A stretch of DNA of 64,000 bases from Octopus vulgaris. Its lineage: Eukaryota. Below are positions 53,437-64,000 of this stretch, in pieces. The position numbers and the translations under genes were made by a program. The notes beneath the pieces were generated by a model, which made no database searches, was not told the origin of the DNA, and saw nothing but the letters and a program-made list of their open reading frames with translations. Numbering within the stretch: position 1 is the stretch's first letter; every line of letters begins with the position of its first letter. The DNA is taken from positions 30,504,001 to 30,568,000 of the forward strand of contig OX597834.1 in the NCBI GenBank assembly GCA_951406725.2, given 5' to 3'.

Positions 53437-53820
53437 GGAGGCGCAATGGCCCAGTGGTTAGGGCAGCGGACTCGTGGTCATAGGATCGCGGTTTCAATTC
53501 CCAGACCGGGCGTTGTGAGTGTTTATTGAGCGAAAACACCTAAAAGCTCCACGAGGGTCCGGCAGGGGATGGTGGTGATCCCTGCTGTACTCTTTCACCA
53601 CAACTTTCTCTCACTCTTACTTCCTGTTTCAGTTGTACTTGTATTTCAAAGGGCCGGCCTTGTCACTCTCTGTGTCACGCTGAATATCCCCGAGAACTAC
53701 ATTAAGGGTGCACGTGTCTGTGGAGTGCTCAGCTGCTTACACGTTAATTTCATGAGCAGGCTGTTCCATTGATTAGAATCAACCGGAACCCTCATCGTCG
53801 TAACCGATGGAGTGCTTCCA
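53437..53820 (+). mobile_element. tRNA-derived SINE family C
   Basis: GGAGGCGCAATGGCCCAGTGGTTAG head with B box GGTTTCAATTCCC. Same head at 41106 (different 3' part) and ~40730. Confidence 0.8.
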
Positions 53821-54837
53821 CCATGCTGCTTATGATTTGAATGGTTTGACAAGCTCGAATGGGTCTCAGGGCTACATCAAGCTGCATCAAGTGTCTACTT
53901 CGGTATGGTTTCTATGGCTGAATGCCTCTTCTAATGCCAGTCATATTATTGTGAACCAGGCGCTTATTTTTGTGCCATCAGCACTAGGGAGGTTGTCCTG
54001 CAACGTGCGGGACTAAGATCCCCTACAGGATGAGGAGGGGCCACACAGTAGAGAGAGAGCGAGAAGCAGCTTTATGTTATGGGGTGACTGGTTAAAGTAT
54101 GAGAAAAGGAGCCAGGACAGAAGAGGTTTCTTGTTGTAGAGGGAGCTGCATGGCTATCGACATTCTAGAAGAGGGGGCAGGAGTGACCAGCCAAGGGCTG
54201 AAAAGAGATGATAATAGCGGTGGGGTGAGGGATCAAGATATTGAAGTGACCAGAAGTGAGTGGGAACAGAAGTTTATAAGGGTGTATGGGTAGAGTTTGC
54301 ATTTGATTAGTGGTGGGGGAACGGGGGGGTGAGGAGATGAGTATTATGAATGAAGAATGAGTGTTGAGGGATGATAAGTGTCTGTAGGGGGAAGGTGGGG
54401 AAGAGTAGGTGATGAATGTAGAGATTAAGATTGAGCATTGGATGTAGTGATTGGTTGGTAAGAGGTGTAGGGGGTCAGCGATGTATTTGAGTTGGAGACA
54501 GTTAGGGGAGAGTAGGGGATGACTGGCAGTGCAGAAAGCAGTGAGGAGCAACAGAATAGTATAAATTACACAGCAGACATATGCACATGGTGTTACTGTA
54601 TAGCACCAATTAATTTAGTCATTAATTAACTTTGTAGTCTGTTATTTCTAAAAAATATGCGTAATATATGTTTTTAATAAAATACATATTTGAGAAAGTA
54701 TATTTTGTTAAAAAAAACACATTTAATGCATATGGCTTGTTAAAAAGCCTTGACCTCACAAAGTTCTTTATATCAGATCAAGGTTGTTGTTTTTCTATTT
54801 GCTCAGTCACTTAGTGTTAACAAAATGTTGATGATGA

Positions 54838-56170
54838 TGGACTTTTTTGTATGATGTACAATCTTCCTCATTTTTACTTAGTCACTCTGTCATAAACCCG
54901 GCTGTATCATCGAGAAGACTACAGGTATGGCTGTGTAGTTAAGAATGTGCATGTATGACTGTCTCATTAAGAAGGTGCAGGCATGGCTGTGTGGTTAAGA
55001 AGTTTCCACACAGTTTCCACTATCAACATCATTCACAAGGTGTTGGCTGGCTCAGGACTATTGTAGGAAACCCTTGTACCAAAGGCCCGCACAAATTGGA
55101 CCCAAAACCAAGAGGTTATCATGCAAACTTCTTAACTTATTCCTAATTATACTTCTGTTCTTCTCTGAAATTAAAACAAGACAAACCATGTAAATGTTCT
55201 GTTTCATAGCAATATAAGCATGTCTTGTTGTTTGCCACTTGACAGGAACGGCATTCCTCTATAATTGAATGAGGTGAACTGCATGGATCTGTACTATTGT
55301 CAGAGTTGACCTGTATTTAATATTAGTCTATCATCGAAGGTTGTTAGCAAATTGGCAGACACTGCAGAATGCCACAGCTAAAAACCTTGTAGTGTTTATC
55401 TCTCTCTCTCTCTCTTCCTCTCCATAAGTGGTTTAGGCTCATCTTGCTCCAGGGTTAATTAACTTTGTCTTTCATCCTGCTGAAGGTTGATAGAATGAGA
55501 ACCAGTAATGTGTTGATTGATTTAAATAAATGCCAACTTTGAGAGAGAGTATATGTGTGTGTGTGTGCGCGCACACACACACACACACATAACTCTACTA
55601 GACACATATACAGACATGCATGCGCATTCGCACACACACACACAACTCTTATCACAACTGTCTGACAACTGGTCACCTAAAACTCTGAATAACAGTTTGT
55701 GAAGTTTTTTTGGGCTTTAATAAAATAGTATATCTACCTGTCTGTCTGTCTGTCAGTGCCTGTTTTCCATCCTGGTATGAGTTGGATGATTTGACAGGAT
55801 CTGGCAAGGCTGGGAGTTGTACAAGACTCTAGTGTCAGTTTTAGCTTGGTCTCTACTGCTGAATGCCCCTACCTGACGCCAACCACTTTACAGAAGCAAA
55901 GTGGCTGAGTTCCTTTCAAGCATTGGACTTTTTGTATGACGTACAATCTTCCTCATTTTTACTTAGTCACTCTGTCATAAACCTGGCTGTATCATCGAGA
56001 AGATTACAGGCATGGCTGTGTAGTTAAGAATGTGCAAGTATGGCTATCTCATTAAGAAGGTGCAGGCATGGCTGTATGGTTAAGAAGTTTCCACTATCAA
56101 AATCATTCACAAGGTGTTGGCTGGCTCAGGACTATTGTAGGAAACCCTTGTCCAAAGGCCCACACAAATG
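54838..56170. repeat. Dispersed direct duplication (~250 bp at 54838-55095 and 55925-56170)
   Basis: GGACTTTTTTGTATGA...CAAAGGCCC block present twice with few differences. Confidence 0.85.
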
Positions 56171-56771
56171 GGAGGCAAAGTGGCTGAGTTCGTTTTGAGT
56201 GTTGGGCCTCAGCAAGGCAAAGTGGCTGAGTTCGTTTTGAGTGTTGGGCCTCAGTGAGGCAAAGTGGCTCAGTTGAGGAGGGAGCAGCATTGTCTTGCAG
56301 GTTACTTGGTGACCTCAGTAGTGCTGGTGCCATGGAAGTGGTTGGCATCAGGAAGAGCATCCTGTTGTAGAAACTGTTCTAAAGCAGACAGTCTTCTGGC
56401 TCAACAGCTCTTGTGAAGCTGGTCAAAGCATGGCAGCATTGGAAGAAGGATGTTAAACGATGATGACGATGATGATGATATAGGCATTGGAACTGTGACA
56501 AAAACCAGAACTAAATAATTCAGTGTGACTGTGTCAGACAATCAGTTGCTGGTCGTGTCATGTTGACAGTGTGTCTGCACCAATCAGTTTGATGATCCTC
56601 GACTAATGAATAATTAGACTAACAGCAATTGATTGAAATGAATATTGTATGATGTCTTTTAGCTGAGGGAATACAAGAACAGCAGTCTGGTCGCAGAACT
56701 CTGATTCCATTACATCTGTTGTTGATGTTTAATTCCTGTTTTATATTCAGTATTATATAACACCCTGATAT

Positions 56772-56806
<35 letters not shown>

Positions 56807-57139
56807 GGTAGTGGTAGTGGTAGTAGTAGTGGTTGTGGTTGTGGTAGTAGTAGTAGTAGTAGTGGTGGTAGTAGTGGTGGTAGTAGTAGTAACCGTTGTT
56901 TAGTGACCAGGTCTTATTGGCCCCTGAAGGTCATTATATCAGAAAGGTGAAATGGTCAAGTTGGCCGATATACCTTTGATCTTAGGTTTGCTGGATTGGA
57001 CCTGTCGCTGGGACCAAACAGCAACTCAGTCTTCTGTATGAACCAGTGTACAGTTGTTATGCTTGCTAGACAAGTTTGGCCTTCGGGAAATACTATGTTA
57101 CTTGGAAACAGATGAGGATTGGCAACAGGAAGGGCATCT

Positions 57140-57492
57140 GGCTGTAGAAAATCTGACTCGACAGACTCTATCTTGACTCATGGCTGTAGAAAATCTGACT
57201 CGACAGACTCTATCTTGACTCATGGCTGTAGAAAATCTGACTCGACAGACTCTATCTTGACTCATGGCTGTAGAAAATCTGACTCGACAGACTCTATCTT
57301 GACTCATGGCTGTAGAAAATCTGACTCGACAGACTCTATCTTGACTCATGGCTGTAGAAAATCTGACTCGACAGACTCTATCTTGACTCATGGCTGTAGA
57401 AAATCTGACTCGACAGACTCTATCTTGACTCATGGCTGTAGAAAATCTGACTCGACAGACTCTATCTTGACTCATGGCTGTAGAAAATCTGA
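57140..57492. repeat. 42-bp tandem repeat, 8 copies plus a partial copy
   Basis: Unit GGCTGTAGAAAATCTGACTCGACAGACTCTATCTTGACTCAT repeated with no spacers. Confidence 0.97.
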
Positions 57493-57982
57493 TTCATCTT
57501 AATTCATCTTTTATATCTTTTACTTGTTTTAGTTATTGGATTGTGGCCATGTTGGGACACTGCTTTGAAGGGTTTTAGTCAAATAAATCAACCCCTGGAC
57601 TTTTTGAGTATGGTGCTTATTCTATCAATCTCTTTTGCTATACTGCTAAGTTACAGGAAAGTAAAAGAAAAAGACCAACACCAGTTGTCAAGCAGAGGTG
57701 GTAGTATCTCACACACACGCACACACACACACACACACACATGCACGCACACACACATACACTCATATATACAAGCTGTCCATATATGATCATGCTTCAC
57801 CACCTTGTCCCACGTCTTCCTGGGTCTAGATCAGCACTTCCTTACACATCTGTCCTCATCTCTATGCATCACCTGACCATACCAGTGCAGTCATCTCTCT
57901 TGCACTCCAAGATGCTTACACTGTTGCACATGCACACTGACTTTGCACATCCAGTAAAGCATACTGGCTTCACACACACATG

Positions 57983-58019
<37 letters not shown>

Positions 58020-58405
58020 GGCGCTGGAGTGGCTGTGTGGTAAGTAGCTTGCTTACCAACCACATGGTTCCGGGTTCAGTCTCACTGCGTAGCAACTTGG
58101 GCAAGTGTCTTCTACTATAGCCTCGGGCCGACCAAAGCCTTGTGAGTGGATTTGGTAGACGGAAACTGAAAGAAGCCCGTCATATATATGTATATATATA
58201 TATATATATGTGTGTGTGTATGTCCCCCTAGCATTGCTTGACAACCGATGCTGGTGTGTTTATGTCCCCGTCACTTAGCGGTTCGGCAAAAGAGACCGAT
58301 AGAATAAGTACTGGGCTTACAAAGAATAAGTCCCGGGGTCGAGTTGCTCGACTAAAGGCGGTGCTCCAGCATGGCCGCAGTCAAATGACTGAAACAAGTA
58401 AGAGT
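58020..58405 (+). mobile_element. SINE family A
   Basis: Full-length forward copy. Confidence 0.9.
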
Positions 58406-60088
58406 ATATGCGCGTGCACGTGCGTGCGATTTTTGTGTACTATTGTCTTAACATCATCTGATGGTTGTGTATAGGCACCATTATCATACAAGTGAGCTTT
58501 TCTAAATTTCTGTGAGAAAAACCTGTCTGGCCACGAGAAGATATTACCTTGACTGGAAGGTTGGCAACAGGTGGGGCATCCAGCCGTAGAAAATCTGTCT
58601 CAACAAACTGCATCCATCTCATGCAAGTATGGGAAATAGACGTCGAACGATGATGATGATGATGGTATTGTAATTGATGCATTTAGTTTTATGCATCATT
58701 GTGTTAGGCATGCTTCTCGAATTGGCACAAGGCCATGGAATCATATTTAACATGGCTAATGTTATAAGTTTGGATGAATTCCACTGCAAGAGATGCCTTA
58801 CCATTCATTACTGACATAAACAAATAAGCAAAGTGGTTTGTGTGTGTGTGTGTGTGTGTATGTATGTGTATGTGTGTACATTTGTGTATATATATGTGTG
58901 TGTGTGTGTGTTTATATATATGCATGTATGTACAATATATATATATATATGTATGTATGTATGTATGTGTATCGTAAGTGTATGTGTGTACATTTGTATA
59001 TATGTGTGTGTGTGTTTATATATATGCATGTATGTACAATTTACATATACTTATATATATATATATATATATGTATGTGCATCATGTGTATGTATGTACA
59101 TTTGTGTATGTATGTGTGTGTGTGTGTTTATATATATGCCTGTTTGCGCAATTTACATATACTTATATATGTGTGTGTATTCTATGCAGTGTAGACTAAC
59201 GAAATAATAAAAACAATTCAAGTCAAATACATTAAAAATAAACATTTACTTCACTGATAGAATGTATGTTTATTTTGATGTATATACCACGAATTGCATT
59301 ATTATTTTTAGCCAGTCGACACAACATCATGTTCAATTATCTCCCTCACATTAAACTTTTGTTTATTGAACCCTTTAATAGATTCTTGTTACATTTTGAG
59401 AAATAATATATCATCGTCATCATCATTGTTTAATGTCTGCATTCTATACTGTCAAGAGTTGAATGGGCCATTCCTGTTCTAGACAGATAAGGTGATTCCA
59501 TCTTGCTTATGAATTTCCCTTTAAGATTGGTGGTTGGTTTCTATGGCTGGATGCCCTTTTTAATACCAACTGTTTTATAGTGTGTCGGGTGCAACTTTTT
59601 TTTTATGGTACTAGCACTTGAATAGCTGTTATGTCTATAACAAAACTAAAGACAACCATATATATATATCAGCATCATCATCGTTTAACGTCCGTTTTCC
59701 ATGCTAGCATGGGTTGGATGGTTTTGACTGAGGGGTGGCAACCAGATGGCTGCACCAGGCTCCAGTCTTGATCTGGCAGAGTTTCTACAGCTGGATGCCC
59801 TTCCTAATGCCAACCACTCTGAGAATGTAGTGGGTGCTTTTTACTTGCCACCTGCACGGGGGCCAGTCGGGCAGTACTGGCAATGACCTCGCTCAGATCT
59901 TTTTACACGTGCCACCGACACAGGTGCCAGTGAAGTGACGTTGGTAACGATCACGCTCAAATGGTGCCCTTTTATATGCCACAGGTATATATATATATAT
60001 ACATACACACACACAATGGGCTTGTATGTGGATGTTAAAATGATAAGAATAAAGTTTCTGAAAGGGATACAAATAAAGAAACTCAAAG

Positions 60089-60160
60089 GGTTGCTTTGTT
60101 CCACTGGTAGAACATCTGTCATGGTTACAGAAGACATGGGTTCAAGTCTCACCAGCAGCC
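60089..60160 (+). pseudogene. tRNA-like 72-nt sequence (TGG at the anticodon position)
   Basis: Acceptor GGTTGCT/AGCAGCC, D stem GTTC/GAAC, anticodon stem TCTGT/ACAGA, GGTTCAAGTC T loop. Non-canonical A33 and T37. Confidence 0.55.
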
Positions 60161-60408
60161 TTTGACTTTTTTGCATCCAAAAGAGCTTTTTTGACACAAT
60201 ATTTATACGGTAGTTTTTATGGCTAAATGCGCTTCATGTCCCATTCTTTCCAAAACAGAATTATTTCATATTTTTGCAAAGTTTCTAGATTCTTATGTTG
60301 TCAGCAATGTGTGTGTGTATGTATGTATTTATGTATGTATGTATGTGTGTATATGTAATACACACACATGCTTGCACGTATATTAAAATTTTGTTTTCTG
60401 TTTTTCAG

Positions 60409-60473
60409 ATGAAAAACCCAGCAAGCCCCTCATGAAGATGGCTGGAGTCTTTGATATCTGTAGATCAAAAGAT
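60409..60473 (+). CDS. HMCES: HMCES/SRAP coding exon (LMKMAGVFD motif)
   Basis: ttttcAG acceptor at 60407-60408. G+AT=Asp fits the previous phase-1 donor. Reads DEKPSKPLMKMAGVFDICRSKD, matching the SRAP L-x-M-A-G-I/V-F-D motif. GTACGT donor at 60474. Too short to appear in the ORF track. Confidence 0.88.
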
Positions 60474-61195
60474 GTACGTCTGTATTCTTTTTAAGATTTA
60501 TTTCACCACCGATCACTAAAACATCAATCTTGTTCTTGCGTCAGTCATTGAGCTGCACGTAACAAGCACACTTTTTTTTTTCCTCTTCTTGAGTTGCAGG
60601 ACTCAAAAGGCCACTCACCTGGTTTCATGGTGAATAAGTGATTGAGATCACTACATTCTAATCACATGTCCATAGCACGAGTGTGTGTGTGTGTTGGTAT
60701 CTACTTATCACAACGTCTGCTGTTACGTTGTGAGTCCAAATTCCGTCGAGGTCGACTTTGCCTTTCATCCTTTCGGGGGTCGATAAATTAAGTACCAGTT
60801 ACGCACTGAGGTCGATATAATCGACTTAATACCTATGTCTGTCCTTGTTTGTCCCCTCTATGTTTAGCCCCTTGTGGGCAATAAAGAAATAGGTATCTAC
60901 TTGTCTTGACATCATGGGATAGTTATAAAGCAGAGTCCATCATTTCTAATCTTCCATGAAAACAGTTCTGGTCATGGGGGAAATATTATCTGAATTAGCA
61001 ACACAAAGGTCATCTGGCTGTAGAAAATCTTCATGGAAGAATTCTGTTTGACCCATGCAAGCACGGGAAAAGGGAACATTATGATTATATATCCTATATA
61101 TATATACACACACACACACACAATGGGCTTGTATGCGGATGTTAAAATGATAAGAATAAAATTTCTGAAAGGGATACAAATAAAGAAACTCAAAG

Positions 61196-61267
61196 GGTTG
61201 CTTTGTTCCACTGGTAGAACATCTGTCACGGTTACAGAAGACATGGGTTCAAGTCTCACCAGCAGCC
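61196..61267 (+). pseudogene. tRNA-like 72-nt sequence (CGG at the anticodon position), duplicate of 60089-60160
   Basis: Matches the 60089 copy except in the anticodon loop. Confidence 0.55.
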
Positions 61268-61348
61268 TTTGACTGTTTTGCATCCCAAAGGGTTTTTTGA
61301 CACAATATTTATACGGTATTTTTTATGGCTAAATAACTTGACTGGGCG

Positions 61349-61390
<42 letters not shown>

Positions 61391-61594
61391 GGGGTCGTGG
61401 GGTTTGTAAAACAGCAACTTGTATAGCCGCTTTGTTTTGTTTTTATCTTTTATCTATTTACTTTCGTTTATTTTCCAGGACAAAGACCAGGACCTCTATA
61501 GCTACACTGTAGTTACGGTGCCTGCATCTGCTGCCACAGCAGATATCCACCACAGAATGCCGGTAAATATTTGCCGTTTCATTTATTATTATTA

Positions 61595-61992
61595 CTAGCA
61601 GTATCGCCCGGCGTTGCTCGGGTTTGTTTCGACCCTTTAGAACTGGAATTTTTGAAAAGTAAAAATTTTGCGTTATATAGCTTGTTATTCTCTTGAAATG
61701 AACATTTTTCCGGTTGAAATACACCGAAAAATGGCGACACAGCAGTAAAAAATAATTGTAAAAAATAGGGATTTTCATAGAAAAAAAAAAAGCACCTTTT
61801 TGAATTAAATAATTTTTGGTGTTAACATGGTCCTATTTGAATTTTATCTTCTACGGAATGAAGAGCAAGCCTTCTTCTGTCATACTCTCAATTTTGGTCA
61901 TCTTGCGCTGCAGTGTCTCGGAGGAGATAGTGTTAGTTGAAGACTACCAAACCTGCCATACGCAGACAACTTCAGCTTTATATAGAGAGAGA
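61595..61992 (-). mobile_element. Non-autonomous Helitron (second internal type)
   Basis: CTAGCAGTATCGCCCGGCGTTGCTCGGG terminus and TATAGAGAGAGA|T at the other end. Paralogous to 28619-28994. Confidence 0.8.
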
Positions 61993-62715
61993 TTATTAAG
62001 AAGACAGCAAGCTGGCAGAACTGTTAACACACCAGGCAAAATGCTTGGCGTTTCTTTCCATCTTTACATTCTAGGTTCAAATTCCACCAAGGTCGACTTG
62101 ACCTTTCATCCTTGATAAACCAAGTACCAGTAGTGTACAGGGGTTGATGTAATCGACTTACTTCCTCCCCCGAAATTGCTGTGCCAAAATTTGGAATCAT
62201 CCTCATCATTATTATTATTATTATTATGATAGGACTTGTACCTTTAGTAGAAAGGATTATCATTATTATTATTATTAAAGATGGTGATCTGGAGAATTGT
62301 CTGTGTGTCCTGCGAAATGCTTAGTGGCATTTCCATCTGTCTTTATGTTCTGAGTTCAAATTCCACCAAAGCCAATTAAACCCATCTCCCCAATAATTTC
62401 AGCCCTTGTGCCTATAGTAGGAAGAATTGACTGTGCCTTTGATCCCTTTCTGGATCATTAAGTACCAGTTGAGCACTGTGGTCAATATAACCGACTAGCC
62501 ACCCCCAACCCCTCAAGGTTTCAAGCCTTGTGCCTCTATGGCACAGAGTTATTACTATGGTTGGTCTTTTATTTGTTTCAGTCATTGAACCATGGCCATG
62601 CTGGGGTACTACCTTGGGCTTTTTTTTTTTCCTAAGTCGGTTTTGCCAAACTGCTAAGTTACAAGGATATAAAGAAACCTGTATACCCACACACATATAT
62701 ATTTATAAACATATA

Positions 62716-62950
62716 TAGGGCTGGCCAAAAGTCTCCAGACAGTAAATCAAAGCCATTTAATTCCAAGATTAAAAAAAAAAATTTTTCATATGAGACTTTG
62801 CCAATAAATAGACAAATGCAGAAAAAAAAAATGATTTTAACTCACAGCATTCAATTATTAAACATTAATAATTGGAATGAATAAATAAAATTGAATATTA
62901 AGTATTTATGGAATTTTGATTTACTGTCAGGTGACTTTTGGCCAACCCTG
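62716..62950. mobile_element. Tc1/mariner-type MITE
   Basis: ~36-bp imperfect TIRs (AGGGCTGGCCAAAAGTCTCCAGACAGTAAATCAAA / TTTGATTTACTGTCAGGTGACTTTTGGCCAACCCTG) with TA flanks. Confidence 0.8.
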
Positions 62951-63708
62951 TATACACACACACACACGATGGGCTTCCACAATGTTTCCCTCCAAATTTG
63001 CTCATGAGACATTAGTTATAGAAGATACTATAGTTATAGAAGATACGTTGTAGTGCACCTGAGCACTGTACACAATTATTATTATTATTTAAGATGGACC
63101 AAACCCAAAACTGTGTGGTTCCAAAGTGAGCTTCTTAACCACACGACCATGCCTGTGCTCATATATTATTGTTAATCCTTTTTTTCCCCCCTTTTTTTAG
63201 TCAACAGGGAAAGTAATGGCCTTAGGGTCCCCTGAGACTTGGGGAAGGGAGAAATTATCCTCAAACCAGAGAATTAGCTTGAATGCTTGCAAATGTAGAC
63301 TCCGAGAGTTGTCTCCCTTTACTGATATTATTAACATAATGTTAAGTCATTGACCTGTTGTTCTCTTTCCTTCAACATACACTGTATTTGATGGTGTAGA
63401 AGATGACGCCCTTTTTTCCACCCCACCAAAAAATGTCTCAAAAACTCCACTCTGGACCCTGTGTGAGAAGTTGGATCTACCATAAGTTTTATTTAGTACA
63501 TTAATACACTGCTGAAATTGGGGGACATCTAATATTCCCGTGGGTTTTTTATTACATCAAATACATTTCTTCCCAACTATGTGGTCTTGGGTTCTGTTCT
63601 GTGACAGATTTTCCCTGCATTTTATCATGGGGGAAAACACTCTCGCTTAACCCTCCTATTCTCTATCAAATGTGATGCTTTATTTCCATTATTTTGAATT
63701 AATTAAGG

Positions 63709-63850
63709 AGTAGCTTGCTTACCAACCACATGGTTCCGGGTTCAGTCCCACTGCGTGGCACCTTGGGCAAGTGTCTTCTGCTATCGCCCCAGGCCGACCA
63801 ATGCCTTGTGAGTGGATTTGGTAAACGGAAACTGAAAGAAGCCCGTCGTA

Positions 63851-63895
<45 letters not shown>

Positions 63896-64000
63896 ATATG
63901 TATGTTTGTGTGTCTGTGTCTGTCCCCCTAGCATTGTTTGACAACTGATGCTGGTGTGTTTATGTCCCCATCACTTAGCCGTTCGGCAAAAAGAGACCAA
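63709..64000 (+). mobile_element. SINE family A, runs off the window end
   Basis: Matches the family A consensus. Confidence 0.85.

Noticed and set aside
57140-57492. CRISPR-like regular array, and 125-127 aa repeat ORFs
   Set aside because: Units are contiguous with no unique spacers, no cas genes are present and the context is eukaryotic. The ORFs exist only because 42 is divisible by 3.

Overview
AT-rich, repeat-dense eukaryotic genomic DNA. The tRNA-derived SINE landscape and dense (AT)/(AC)/(ATT)/(ATC) microsatellites suggest a cephalopod, probably Octopus (inference). The only host gene I can support is an HMCES/SRAP-domain abasic-site-protection gene on the + strand. Four phase-compatible GT-AG coding exons were read by hand (26326-26463, 31800-32027, 52962-53170, 60409-60473). 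The first coding exon (catalytic Met-Cys-Gly-Arg) and the C-terminal exons were not found and probably lie outside the window. The rest is intronic or intergenic mobile DNA: at least five SINE-like families, RTE/CR1/R4-Dong LINE remnants, a full-length dead mariner, a piggyBac transposase remnant, TTAA-flanked ~221-bp MITEs, six non-autonomous Helitrons with swapped ends, a TIR element carrying TTAGGG repeats, tRNA-like pseudogenes and two young tandem arrays (137 bp and 42 bp units). Nearly all supplied ORFs are repeat artefacts. The best leads are a tandem array of six psi-K-x-E SUMO consensus motifs inserted in the HMCES SRAP domain, a minimal type I hammerhead ribozyme in an intron, and inverted repeats bracketing the exons. 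I see no convincing evidence of a wholly new multi-gene system.
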